Origin: an uncultured virus (IMG/VR IMGVR_UViG_3300025617_000008)
Taxonomy: Duplodnaviria > Heunggongvirae > Uroviricota > Caudoviricetes
Direction: 5' to 3' (one strand)
Virus record (IMG/VR): IMGVR_UViG_3300025617_000008
Length of the DNA stretch: 64,000 nucleotides
In this document: positions 26,717-36,541 of the stretch, in pieces
Position numbering within the stretch: the first letter of the stretch is position 1
How the letters are laid out: each line of letters opens with the position of its first letter
Position numbers and translations under genes: made by a program
The notes under the pieces: model-generated
Databases searched by the model: none
Seen by the model: only the letters and a program-made list of their open reading frames with translations
Told to the model about the DNA's origin: nothing

Positions 26717-26890
26717 ATGTTAAACAAATTTAAAGGTTGGGTATCAGAGCGTTTTACTGAAAGAACTTCGTGGGACGGAGCAATGCTTGTATTAATCGGT
26801 ATTATTGTTCTTATAGCAGGACCATTTGCTAAACTAGCGGCTTATGCGGCTATTGGTTACGGTGCCTGGACTATTTACAAATCAGAATAA
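26717..26890 (+). CDS. Small membrane protein
   Basis: GGAG RBS before ATG 26717; ERTSWDG followed by two hydrophobic segments. Confidence 0.7.
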   Translation: MLNKFKGWVSERFTERTSWDGAMLVLIGIIVLIAGPFAKLAAYAAIGYGAWTIYKSE

Positions 26891-27055
26891 GTTGAAAGAT
26901 ATTAGACTTAAAAATCAAAATCTATTAGTTAAAAGGTGGAGCTCTAATGGTATTAGAGAACACTACAATATGTGTTTTAAAAATCAAAAAATTCAGTCTC
27001 CACCTAAGTCTATTTCTTTTAATAGTGTAAAAGTAAAGCGTAGGAGTAAGCCAAA

Positions 27056-27253
27056 TTGACTATGATCGAAAGCAAAGTAGCTAATATCAAAGAAAGGATT
27101 AAATTACTACAAAATATGATAGAGATCGGCGAAGACGAAATCAGTAATGGAAAAGTAAAAGATCGCTATTTAGAAGAAAAATATAAAGAATTAAACATAG
27201 CTTACACAGAGATAAAAAAATATGATCCAGATTACACAATTAGCAAAGAATAA
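27056..27253 (+). CDS. Small coiled-coil hypothetical protein
   Basis: AGGAG RBS; overlaps iscA. Confidence 0.55.
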   Translation: MTMIESKVANIKERIKLLQNMIEIGEDEISNGKVKDRYLEEKYKELNIAYTEIKKYDPDYTISKE

Positions 27254-27542
27254 AATACAAGAAAAAGTTAATAGTAGAGAAAATACTCTGGGCGTTCGTA
27301 TTGGTGTAAAGACCACCGGCTGTAACGGGTTGTCTTATGTACTAGAATATGCTGAAAAGCAAGACGAGTACGATGAACTACACGAAGTAGATGGTGTAAA
27401 GGTGTTTGTTAACCCTAAAGATCTTGTATATCTTAGCAATATTACAATAGATTACAAAAGTGAAAAGTTTCAAGAAGGGTTTGATTTTATTAATCCTATC
27501 GAATCAGGTCGCTGTGGATGTGGAGAAAGTTTCCATATCTAG
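27222..27542 (+). CDS. iscA: A-type Fe-S carrier (IscA/HesB family)
   Basis: GVKTTGCNGLSY, F.NP...CGCGESF. Confidence 0.9.
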   Translation: MIQITQLAKNKIQEKVNSRENTLGVRIGVKTTGCNGLSYVLEYAEKQDEYDELHEVDGVKVFVNPKDLVYLSNITIDYKSEKFQEGFDFINPIESGRCGCGESFHI

Positions 27543-27826
27543 TACTTACTGACTGGTAAGTTACTGCTTGCTGGCATATCCCATATTTTCTTACGCTCTA
27601 CACCTTTTCTTTGAGCAAATCTTTTAGCATCACAGTTACTACAAACATGGAAATAGTTGTTGCTCATACGTCTATAATCCATTTTACTTCTAGATCTTTC
27701 AAATTCTGTGTCACAGTTATCACATCTTAATACAACCATAGCAACATCTCTGTAGTATTGGTGTACTTTACCATGCTTACTGCGTCTTTCGTACAGTTTT
27801 TTAAGAATGTATTCTTTAATGAACAT
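27539..27826 (-). CDS. Small Zn-finger protein
   Basis: CDNC...CSNC; GTAAATA 4 nt upstream. Confidence 0.7.
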   Translation of the reverse strand: MFIKEYILKKLYERRSKHGKVHQYYRDVAMVVLRCDNCDTEFERSRSKMDYRRMSNNYFHVCSNCDAKRFAQRKGVERKKIWDMPASSNLPVSKY

Positions 27827-27858
27827 ATAGTATTTACATTCGGCTTTTAAAACATTTC

Positions 27859-27866
27859 GATAAATA
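27859..27866 (+). promoter_or_regulatory. Late-promoter variant GATAAATA
   Basis: Same octamer recurs upstream of late genes at 39671, 44346, 50469, 58040, 58416. Confidence 0.6.
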
Positions 27867-27907
27867 TCATTACAAGAAGCAGATTATCCTTATTTTGGAG
27901 TTTATAA

Positions 27908-30900
27908 ATGGCAAGAAAAGAGATTAATATCGGTGTTGAGGGCAATGACGGCACCGGCGATAGTATTCGCGATTCGTTTGGTAAAGTAAACGATAACTTT
28001 CAAGAGATTTATGCTGTATTAGGACTAGGTGGCGCACTTAGTTTTATCGGGCTAGATGATGTAGCCGCTAGCAGTTATCAAACAGCAGATAACAACAAAA
28101 TTCTTACAGTTGACGCAAACAACGAAAAAATTCAATTTACAAAACTAGATAGTAACGAAACTATTGTTATTGATCAAAGTGTACCTGGTGTAATTAAATT
28201 TAGTTCGCTTGCTTCTGCGCTGATTAATGATCCAGATCCAACACTTGCCGCGGATATGGATGCCAATAATAAGCGTTTAACAAACGTTGCCGACGCACAA
28301 TTAGATTCAGATGGCGCAAATAAAGGGTATGTAGATACAAAACTATCGCTTGCTGGTGTTGATGCTATTGACGAAAACGGAAATATTGAACCTGACTGGG
28401 GTACAATGTCAGGTCCTCTTATCCTTTCACGTAATCCGATTGACTCGGACGATGTTAACTACGGCGGTTTGGTTGCTTCTACTAAAGCATACGTAGATAG
28501 TAAAACATTTATATCAGCTAATAACTTGTATGTTGCTACTAACGGACAAGACACAAGAACAGATATTCCTCTAAGTCAGCAAGGGCGTTCACCTTCTACA
28601 GCATTTGCTAGTTTAAGCAAAGCGGCTCAAGTAGCCGAAGAGTTAGTTAAGGCGGCACCAGTTGAACTTGGACCTTATCAGAAAACATTAACGTATAACA
28701 ACGGTACACAAAATTGTACACTTGAATCATTAATTCAATCTCCACTATCAGGTAACGGTGCTACTGGTACTGTTGAGATGCAACTTGACGAAACACAAAC
28801 TATTCAAATTGTAAATGGTGGTACTGATTATGAAATTGGTACTGAACTAACACTTACTGGCGGTCTTGTTGTAGTTCCGGCAGTGTTAAGAGTTGTTGCT
28901 AAAGATTTTGCTGGTTCAATTACACAGGTAGTTATTGTAGATCCAGGTGTGTTTAGTACACTGCCTACAGACATTACAGATGTAGGACACGTTTCAGCAG
29001 TTTCAGGAAGCGGTACTGCTAAATTTAGTCTTAAGTTTAGCGTAAACAGAGTTCTAGTTGCTACTTCTGGTAGCAATTATGGTAGTGCTTCTGTTATTTT
29101 TAACGGTGGTGGCGCTACAACACAAGCTGAAGCAAACACAGTTGAGATTGCTGGCGAAATTAAAGAGATTGGAATTCTTAGAAACGGTACTGGATACACT
29201 AGTATTCCTACAGTTGATATTTTCTTACCAAGAATGTTGCTTAGAACAGAAAACTTAGGTACTGATTTTACTGACGATTTGCGTGAAGGACAATTACTGC
29301 GTGGTGTTGATAGTGATGCTATTGCTAAAATTATTTCACACTCGGCACAGCGTGATGCTCAGGGTAGAGAAATTTTTGAAGTAGAATTATTACAAGGTGC
29401 TTTCCAAGTTGGAGAAGTAATTCAGTACGGTGATCCAGCACAGAATATACAAATTACAATTCAAGTTGAAACTGGAATATATTATGAACATTTTCCAATT
29501 AGACTTTCACCTAACGTATCATTAAGAGGTGACGAATTTAGACGTACAATCATTCGTCCAAAACAAGGTGAATCAGAATCGCCATGGGCTAGGGTATTCT
29601 TCCGTAGAGATCCAATTATTGACGGATTAAGAGTTACTGAATATGAATTTGGTTATCAATACTTAACCGATCCATTAGACTTCTCAAGTCAACCTAAAAA
29701 CAATGACGAAATGGATGTGTTTTTATGTGCTGATGCTACTATTGTAAGAAACGTTAGTGTTCAAGGACACGGCGGGTTCATGATGGTATTGGATCCAAAC
29801 AACCAAGTAAATTCTAAATCACCATATTGTCAAACTGGATCGTCTTTTTCAAAGAGTATTAACGTTAAAAACTTTGCTGGTGGACAGTTTGTTGATGGAT
29901 TTATGGGTAACCTAGATGGTATCTTATTATACAAAGCAGACGAAACTGGCGAATTAACTAGAAACCCATCAGGTGGTGATGATAATAAAATTGTTATCGG
30001 TGGCTTACAACGTGAACCACAACTACCGACGTCATTTAACATTGGCGAAGACATTTATAGAATTACAATTACTAACAGAGTTGAAAGTGCGTTCTTTGAT
30101 GCTAAAGTTCTTATTGAACAAAATAGAACTTTTATTCAAGAAGAAACTATTCAATGGCTTGCTACACAAAATTTAGGATTTACATTTGACGAAGTTAAAT
30201 GTCGTAGAGATGTAGGTCTAATTGTTGATGCTGTTGTAAATGATGTATTGTACGGCGGTTACGAAGAATCAACAAGAGCAGGTCGATTATATTTCTCAGG
30301 CGGATTAACAGTTGTTCCAGGACAAGTTGTTGCTACTTCAGGAGCAATTACAAAAGCAAAAGAAATTGCTACTACTTGTGTAAGACAAAACACATGGCCA
30401 GCACTAGGAACCGTAGCACAAACTAAAATTGCTTCAATTACCAACGCAGAACAAGGCGGAGCAGAACAAGAAATTATCAATGCTTTTGATATTGTAGCAA
30501 ACATTATTCGCTATGGCGAGAAAATGTATATTGCTAAAAAACTATTACAAGAAAACAAAGAGTTTATTCAAGCAGACACAATTGGATACCTTTCTGTAAA
30601 CTATCCTAATCTAGATTACAATGTAGCAACTTGTTTTAGAGACAGTGGTTATATTGTAGACGCTTTAAGTATTGACCTATTTGGTAATGCTCCTAATGCC
30701 GGCGCAAGTGATTTAAATCAGGGTAACTTTAATAACTCCATTAGAGCGGGTTATAGTTATTATAGAGCAGGTAAAAAACTTATTCCATCGTCAGGTGATC
30801 CGCAAACTGTTAACCAGTTGCCTGCCACGCTAGATGCTGTTGAGCATATTAGAACTAGAGTTGGGGAAATTCTAAATAATACGCCGCCGGCAAGTGTGTT

Positions 30901-33900
30901 TATTGGACAAACATTTGATCCTACAACAACACTTGATATTACTTCAAACGAATTTACAATTACTAATCACGGATTTAATACAGGATCCAGAGTTGTTTAT
31001 ACAAACGGCGGAGGCACAAGCATTGGTATTGCTGGCGGAGGAACACTAGCAAACAGTGGTGTGTATTATACATACAAAGTCGACGATAATAGATTTAAAA
31101 TTTATACATCTATAGAGCTTGTTAGAGCTCAGGAAAGAAACCCAGGATCAGAATTTGAAGTTGATTTTGCTGATCAAGGAACAGGCACAGCCCATGTATT
31201 CGACTGGAATGTAACGCAAGATGTAACTCTAACAGCGCAAGACCTAAATGACGCAGGTATTAATGATGCTATTACTACTTCAGTAGGATATATGAAAACA
31301 TTAATTGCCGGCGACAGTGCTCAAGCAGGCGAAGCATACGCTTCATTCGGTGACTCAACAGGAGTTCCTGTTGTTTACCCACTTTATGAGTGTGTACTAG
31401 ATAATCCATACGATAAGATGACAGCAGGTAAAGTTACACTTGCTACTCCTGGTAATAAATCAATGCTAGGAAATGACTTTACACAGGTCAACGATATGGG
31501 CTACGGTGTGTTTGCTACCAACAACGGATTGGTAGAATCGGTATCAATGTTTACGTACTATTGTTACACTGCGTACTTTGCTAACAATGGTGCTCAAATT
31601 AGATCACTAAACGGTTCTTCGGCACATGGTTTCTATGGTATTAGAGCTAACGGTGCTGATCCAAACGAAGTACCAGATAGAGTCGGATTGAAATTTCCTC
31701 TAATTCAAACAGGTACAGTGTTTGAAGATAGACCTCTTGATATTGTTAACGATAAATCTACTGCTAAAATATTTGTTCAGAACGTTTCTTATCCTCCGTT
31801 CCCAGGTTGTTTTGTTGAGATTGATCACTCTAATGATGTCCAGCAAGATGCTAGTGTAAACACTAAAGTTGGATTAAGATCCTATAAGATTACATCAATA
31901 GCAACAAGTGGATTACCAAGTGGTGCTTATGAATTAGCTATTGATACAGATATTAGTGAAGGCGGACTAGCCGTCGATGTTCCAGCAGGTAAAAATGTTG
32001 TTATTAGAGCATTTGAAGAATTTACAATTTCTGACAAAGTTCAGGTTGTTAGTACAAGACCTTCAACTGCGTTAATATTTGATGAGAGCACAGGATTAGA
32101 TGATGCTGTTATTAGAGTATTATCATTTAACGGTTATACTGGAGTTGATGCCCAAGAAGGTGATCAAACAATTACAACCAAAGATGGTTTCTCGTATGTA
32201 AATTTAAATGTTAAAAAAGCCGATGCTGGATATACTCCTCCGACATTTGCTAACAACGTAGGCGATGATGCGATTGTTGTACAATCTCTTGTTCCAGAAC
32301 AGTCAGCACGTTTAACAAAACAAAGCACAGGATTTGCTATCTATGACGGTAGTAGTACCTCAACAGGCGGAATGCTATTTGGTTATCAAGATAGCATTTA
32401 CGAAGTTACTGGCTACGATGATGTTGATGTTTTAGACGGACTTGGACAAAAGGTCGGTAGTTATGGTTTGCTTAGTTTTAAGAACATTACTGATACAAAC
32501 GAATCACTAGTAAACAGAACTTATACTATTTCAGGTGCTACTGCGGCAAGTACAATTACTGTTACAGCTAGCCCATCACCACTTGCTACCATACGTCCAG
32601 GTAGACAAATTAGAATTACAGGTGCTGATAACGCCGCGTTTAATGGTTTATATTACGCAGGAAATACTACAGCAACTACATTTGATCTTTATAGCGATGC
32701 CGCATTAACAACTCTTGTTGACGGTAGTTCGTTTGGAGCGGCAGCCACATCAGGTAGTGTAGAACTATTTGGTGGAGCAACTGTTGACTTCAATGCTTCG
32801 TTAGAAAATTTACAACTTAAAGCAGGTATTAGAGCAGGTGCGCAAGGTGAAGTAACTGTTAATATTTCAACCATGAGAGCAACAGGACATGACTTCCTAG
32901 ATATTGGTACAGGATCATATGCTGATACAAACTATCCATCCAACATCTTTGGACCACCGAATAATCAACCATTACAATCAAATGAAGCAGTTGAGCAAGG
33001 AACTGGACGTGTGTTCTGGGTATCATCAGATCAATCAGGTAACTTCCGAGTTGGTGAATTCTTTAGTGTAGACCAAGGAACAGGTAAAGTAACACTTGAT
33101 GCTAAGATCGACTTACAAGGTATTACAAGTTTAAGACTTGCGGCTGGCGAAACTGTAAGTGAATTTACAGGTGATGTTACACTCGGCGGCGCAGGTGAAG
33201 CAAGTAACCAAGCTCTTCCAACTGAAGCGGCTGTTAGAGGATACATTGATAGACGTTTAGGTCTAACACACGAAGGTGGAATTCAAACTGTACTGATTGG
33301 TCCAGGCTTCTTACCACGTGATGGTTCCCGTGTAATGACTGGTCCAATTGATATGAGTAACAATGCTGTTACAGGTTTACCAGATCCAGATGTTGGCATT
33401 GAAGGCGAAACTGAAGCAGTAAGAAAATCATATATGAAGATCGGTAATCTTCAGGATGCTCCAGAAGGTTGGATGTTTGAAGAAGATCCGGCAGATCCTA
33501 ATGCTAAAAGACAGCCTGATTACAGTTATGTTGATAGTGCTGACATATTAGCATTCACAACAAATGGATCAAGCGAATTTACAAATGCTACTGTAGTAGG
33601 CGCATTGACATTTTCATTCCAACAGAACGCCGCAGGTGTTCCAGATGCTGTAGCACCCACAGTAACAAACTTCCCTGATCCACAAATTGTTGCTACTATC
33701 AATGATAATGTTATTGTTGACGCAGATGTTAACTATGACGCAGGAATTCAACATCATAAATTATCTTTAAACACTGCTAGAACAACAGAACCAAACGGGA
33801 TTGCTGTTAATGCTTACAATTACGTAGCAGAAACTTCACCCGGAGCTGGAGATGATTACACGGTAATTACAGCCAATATTGATCATAAGTTAACAGATGG

Positions 33901-35278
33901 CGATGCTGTTGTTATTAGTGATGAAACTGGTGTAACTGCAATTAACGGTGACTGGAAAGCAACTGTTATTTCTAATAGACAATTTAGTATTCCAGCAGAC
34001 ACATCAGCAGGCGGAGTAATATCCGGCGGAGTTATTAGACAGTATGGCTTAATCAGTGGTGCTCAAGAATTAGAATTTACTCTTGTAAACGGTTTCTTAG
34101 AATTACTAGATTCTACAAACTCAACAAGAGCTGGCGCATACTACGACGGTATTGGTTTTGAAAAGCTAAGACACATTGATGTCGCAGTAGTTGATACAAC
34201 TGATGACACTAATTTAGCAACTGGCCCGAATACCAAAGTACTTGCTAGAAGATCAAGTCCGGGGGGATTTGGATCGATTGATGGGCCTCCTGTTCCAATT
34301 GATGCTAACACCATTGTCGAAGACGGTTTAGGATGTAGACGTCCAGACTTCGGCGACATCGGCGTAATGGTAAGAACTGATACTGGAAATACTGCGGGAG
34401 ACTTTGGTACTATTGAATTTACAAGTTCAAACACAGCTAATACAATAGTAAGAAGAAGTGGTACAGGTAGCGCAGACTTTGCTGGCACATCGAACTTTGA
34501 AAATATTACGAGTGATGGTAGCATATTCCTCGATGTTAGTGACGGTGTAGAAAGTGGAAATTTAGCAGACTTAGAAGGGCTGTGGATGACATACGGTGCT
34601 TCAAATGCTCCTGTTATTACTAAACATGAACAAAGTGCAGCAGATAATTCTTACTATGTAAACTATCGAAATGGTAATGGTGGTGTTGCTATTAGAGCGC
34701 AATTTAGTAATGTTTCAGCAAACAACTACACAGAATATAGAGCAGGAACTCATAAGTTTAGAACTGATACTGGAACTTCTGGTTATGTAGAAGTAGGTAA
34801 TGGAGGATTCCTAACTGCTGAAAGAGGCAATGCGGCTCAGAATGGTTCTATTGAAGGTAACTGGACATTAACACCAGGAAGTAGAATGATGGCTACCTGG
34901 GCTGACTTGGCAGAATATTATGAGGGTGATAAAGAGTACGAAGCAGGAACTGTTGTACAGTTTGGCGGAGACAAAGAAGTATCTATTTCAGGTGAACTCG
35001 GAACTCATAAAGTTGCTGGAGTTGTTAGTACAGAAGCGGCATACATCATGAATAATGATTGTCCTGGAGAAAAAGTTCTTGTAGCACTACAGGGTAGAGT
35101 TCCTTGTAAGGTTGTAGGAAAAGTTGAAAAAGGTGATCTAATTATTGCTAGTGGTATTCCAGGTGTTGCTACGAGCGCAGGTGGAGATGCTAAACCAGGA
35201 ACTATTATTGGTAAAGCAATTGAAACTTATGATAGTGATCGAATAGGAATAATTGAAGTAGCGGTGGGGAGACTATAA
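27908..35278 (+). CDS. Giant tail/baseplate fibre protein (2456 aa)
   Basis: T4 gp9/gp10-like N-terminus INIG..GNDGTGDSIR..F.KVN.NF; beta-rich body; C-terminal ADLAEYY...GRVPCKV autoproteolytic chaperone-like domain. Confidence 0.85.
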   Translation: MARKEINIGVEGNDGTGDSIRDSFGKVNDNFQEIYAVLGLGGALSFIGLDDVAASSYQTADNNKILTVDANNEKIQFTKLDSNETIVIDQSVPGVIKFSSLASALINDPDPTLAADMDANNKRLTNVADAQLDSDGANKGYVDTKLSLAGVDAIDENGNIEPDWGTMSGPLILSRNPIDSDDVNYGGLVASTKAYVDSKTFISANNLYVATNGQDTRTDIPLSQQGRSPSTAFASLSKAAQVAEELVKAAPVELGPYQKTLTYNNGTQNCTLESLIQSPLSGNGATGTVEMQLDETQTIQIVNGGTDYEIGTELTLTGGLVVVPAVLRVVAKDFAGSITQVVIVDPGVFSTLPTDITDVGHVSAVSGSGTAKFSLKFSVNRVLVATSGSNYGSASVIFNGGGATTQAEANTVEIAGEIKEIGILRNGTGYTSIPTVDIFLPRMLLRTENLGTDFTDDLREGQLLRGVDSDAIAKIISHSAQRDAQGREIFEVELLQGAFQVGEVIQYGDPAQNIQITIQVETGIYYEHFPIRLSPNVSLRGDEFRRTIIRPKQGESESPWARVFFRRDPIIDGLRVTEYEFGYQYLTDPLDFSSQPKNNDEMDVFLCADATIVRNVSVQGHGGFMMVLDPNNQVNSKSPYCQTGSSFSKSINVKNFAGGQFVDGFMGNLDGILLYKADETGELTRNPSGGDDNKIVIGGLQREPQLPTSFNIGEDIYRITITNRVESAFFDAKVLIEQNRTFIQEETIQWLATQNLGFTFDEVKCRRDVGLIVDAVVNDVLYGGYEESTRAGRLYFSGGLTVVPGQVVATSGAITKAKEIATTCVRQNTWPALGTVAQTKIASITNAEQGGAEQEIINAFDIVANIIRYGEKMYIAKKLLQENKEFIQADTIGYLSVNYPNLDYNVATCFRDSGYIVDALSIDLFGNAPNAGASDLNQGNFNNSIRAGYSYYRAGKKLIPSSGDPQTVNQLPATLDAVEHIRTRVGEILNNTPPASVFIGQTFDPTTTLDITSNEFTITNHGFNTGSRVVYTNGGGTSIGIAGGGTLANSGVYYTYKVDDNRFKIYTSIELVRAQERNPGSEFEVDFADQGTGTAHVFDWNVTQDVTLTAQDLNDAGINDAITTSVGYMKTLIAGDSAQAGEAYASFGDSTGVPVVYPLYECVLDNPYDKMTAGKVTLATPGNKSMLGNDFTQVNDMGYGVFATNNGLVESVSMFTYYCYTAYFANNGAQIRSLNGSSAHGFYGIRANGADPNEVPDRVGLKFPLIQTGTVFEDRPLDIVNDKSTAKIFVQNVSYPPFPGCFVEIDHSNDVQQDASVNTKVGLRSYKITSIATSGLPSGAYELAIDTDISEGGLAVDVPAGKNVVIRAFEEFTISDKVQVVSTRPSTALIFDESTGLDDAVIRVLSFNGYTGVDAQEGDQTITTKDGFSYVNLNVKKADAGYTPPTFANNVGDDAIVVQSLVPEQSARLTKQSTGFAIYDGSSTSTGGMLFGYQDSIYEVTGYDDVDVLDGLGQKVGSYGLLSFKNITDTNESLVNRTYTISGATAASTITVTASPSPLATIRPGRQIRITGADNAAFNGLYYAGNTTATTFDLYSDAALTTLVDGSSFGAAATSGSVELFGGATVDFNASLENLQLKAGIRAGAQGEVTVNISTMRATGHDFLDIGTGSYADTNYPSNIFGPPNNQPLQSNEAVEQGTGRVFWVSSDQSGNFRVGEFFSVDQGTGKVTLDAKIDLQGITSLRLAAGETVSEFTGDVTLGGAGEASNQALPTEAAVRGYIDRRLGLTHEGGIQTVLIGPGFLPRDGSRVMTGPIDMSNNAVTGLPDPDVGIEGETEAVRKSYMKIGNLQDAPEGWMFEEDPADPNAKRQPDYSYVDSADILAFTTNGSSEFTNATVVGALTFSFQQNAAGVPDAVAPTVTNFPDPQIVATINDNVIVDADVNYDAGIQHHKLSLNTARTTEPNGIAVNAYNYVAETSPGAGDDYTVITANIDHKLTDGDAVVISDETGVTAINGDWKATVISNRQFSIPADTSAGGVISGGVIRQYGLISGAQELEFTLVNGFLELLDSTNSTRAGAYYDGIGFEKLRHIDVAVVDTTDDTNLATGPNTKVLARRSSPGGFGSIDGPPVPIDANTIVEDGLGCRRPDFGDIGVMVRTDTGNTAGDFGTIEFTSSNTANTIVRRSGTGSADFAGTSNFENITSDGSIFLDVSDGVESGNLADLEGLWMTYGASNAPVITKHEQSAADNSYYVNYRNGNGGVAIRAQFSNVSANNYTEYRAGTHKFRTDTGTSGYVEVGNGGFLTAERGNAAQNGSIEGNWTLTPGSRMMATWADLAEYYEGDKEYEAGTVVQFGGDKEVSISGELGTHKVAGVVSTEAAYIMNNDCPGEKVLVALQGRVPCKVVGKVEKGDLIIASGIPGVATSAGGDAKPGTIIGKAIETYDSDRIGIIEVAVGRL

Positions 35279-36537
35279 TGGCATTAACAACACTTTACAA
35301 TTCAACCAATCACCCACTTACTTGGGACAAGGTAAACGAAACACTAAAAGCAGTTGACGATAATTTTACATTTGTTAGCTCACAAGCAGTAACAGGTGTA
35401 CTGCAAGATTTATCACAAGATATTACGCCAAACAGTGTTGGAACATTTGACTTAGGTACTCCAACACAACGATGGGACAACGTATACGCAAACAATATTT
35501 CAGTTGGTTCGTTAATAGCAGATGTAACTGGCGACTTAAAAGGTTCAGTATTTGCTGATGACAGTTCAATTATTGTTGATGCTACCGAAGGAACACTAAC
35601 AGGAGACCTTACTGGTAATGTTACAGGAAACTTAACAGGTAATGTTACAGGAAACTTAACAGGGGATGTAGTTGCTACAGATATTGAGATAGACGGAGCA
35701 ACCAGCAGACTTACATTTGATAGTTTAACTGCTCCAGAAATTCGTAATACTGATGGTACAGTCAGAGTTGTAATGTTTGGAGAAGATTATAGTCCAGGCA
35801 CAGCACAACTATATGTAGAAGCAAATGATGTTTGGTTGTATTCGGACTTACTTGTAGAACAAAATACAATAGTAAAAGGCGATGTAACGGCACAAGGCAC
35901 ATTTGTCGGTAACACACAAGGAACACACACAGGTGGTGTTGTTGGTAATGTTTTAGGAAACATTGATGGTGATGTTACTGGTAGTGTTTATTCAGAAGAC
36001 AGTTCCGGTGTACTAGTAGACGGGTTACACGGAGTACTTAATACACATAAACTTGATCAAATAGGAGCAGCCGACGGCGAAGCTCTTGTATGGAGTGCTT
36101 CAGGAGATCGGTGGGAGCCAGGAGTTGTTGCTGGCGGTGGTGGCGGTACTGGATTAGGTTCTAGAACTACAAAGTCTGGGTCTACATCAAGTATTGCTGA
36201 TGGTGACATCGGAAATACAACTATTACAGGTGCGTTTAGTGCTTACATGGTTTTAAAATTACAAGTAGATGCCGCATCATGGGTAAGAATTTATACAGAC
36301 GTAGCAAGTAGAACTGCTGATGCTAGTAGACTAGAAGCAGTTGACCCTTCCCCGGGCGCAGGCGTAGTTGTCGAAACAATTACAACCGGCGCTGACACAA
36401 TATTAATTAGTCCGGCAGTGATTGGTTTTAATAATGAATCTCCAGTTACTGATGTTATACCAATTTCGGTTAAAAATAAATCCGGTACTACACAGGCAAT
36501 CACTGTTACACTTACATTAATTCAGTTAGAGGCATAG
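35278..36537 (+). CDS. Tail fibre-like protein
   Basis: DLG....RW, GDLKGSVF.DDS, G[DN][LV]T repeats. Confidence 0.75.
   Translation: MALTTLYNSTNHPLTWDKVNETLKAVDDNFTFVSSQAVTGVLQDLSQDITPNSVGTFDLGTPTQRWDNVYANNISVGSLIADVTGDLKGSVFADDSSIIVDATEGTLTGDLTGNVTGNLTGNVTGNLTGDVVATDIEIDGATSRLTFDSLTAPEIRNTDGTVRVVMFGEDYSPGTAQLYVEANDVWLYSDLLVEQNTIVKGDVTAQGTFVGNTQGTHTGGVVGNVLGNIDGDVTGSVYSEDSSGVLVDGLHGVLNTHKLDQIGAADGEALVWSASGDRWEPGVVAGGGGGTGLGSRTTKSGSTSSIADGDIGNTTITGAFSAYMVLKLQVDAASWVRIYTDVASRTADASRLEAVDPSPGAGVVVETITTGADTILISPAVIGFNNESPVTDVIPISVKNKSGTTQAITVTLTLIQLEA
35614..35661 (+). repeat. 2 x 24-bp tandem coding repeat (GNVTGNLT)
   Basis: GGTAATGTTACAGGAAACTTAACA twice. Confidence 0.85.
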
Positions 36538-36541
36538 TAAC

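Noticed and set aside
26844..27059. 71-aa ORF and duplicated TTAAAAATCAAAA
   Set aside because: No RBS or motif; a short AT-rich duplication is not enough to call, although a small gene from TTG 26892 is possible
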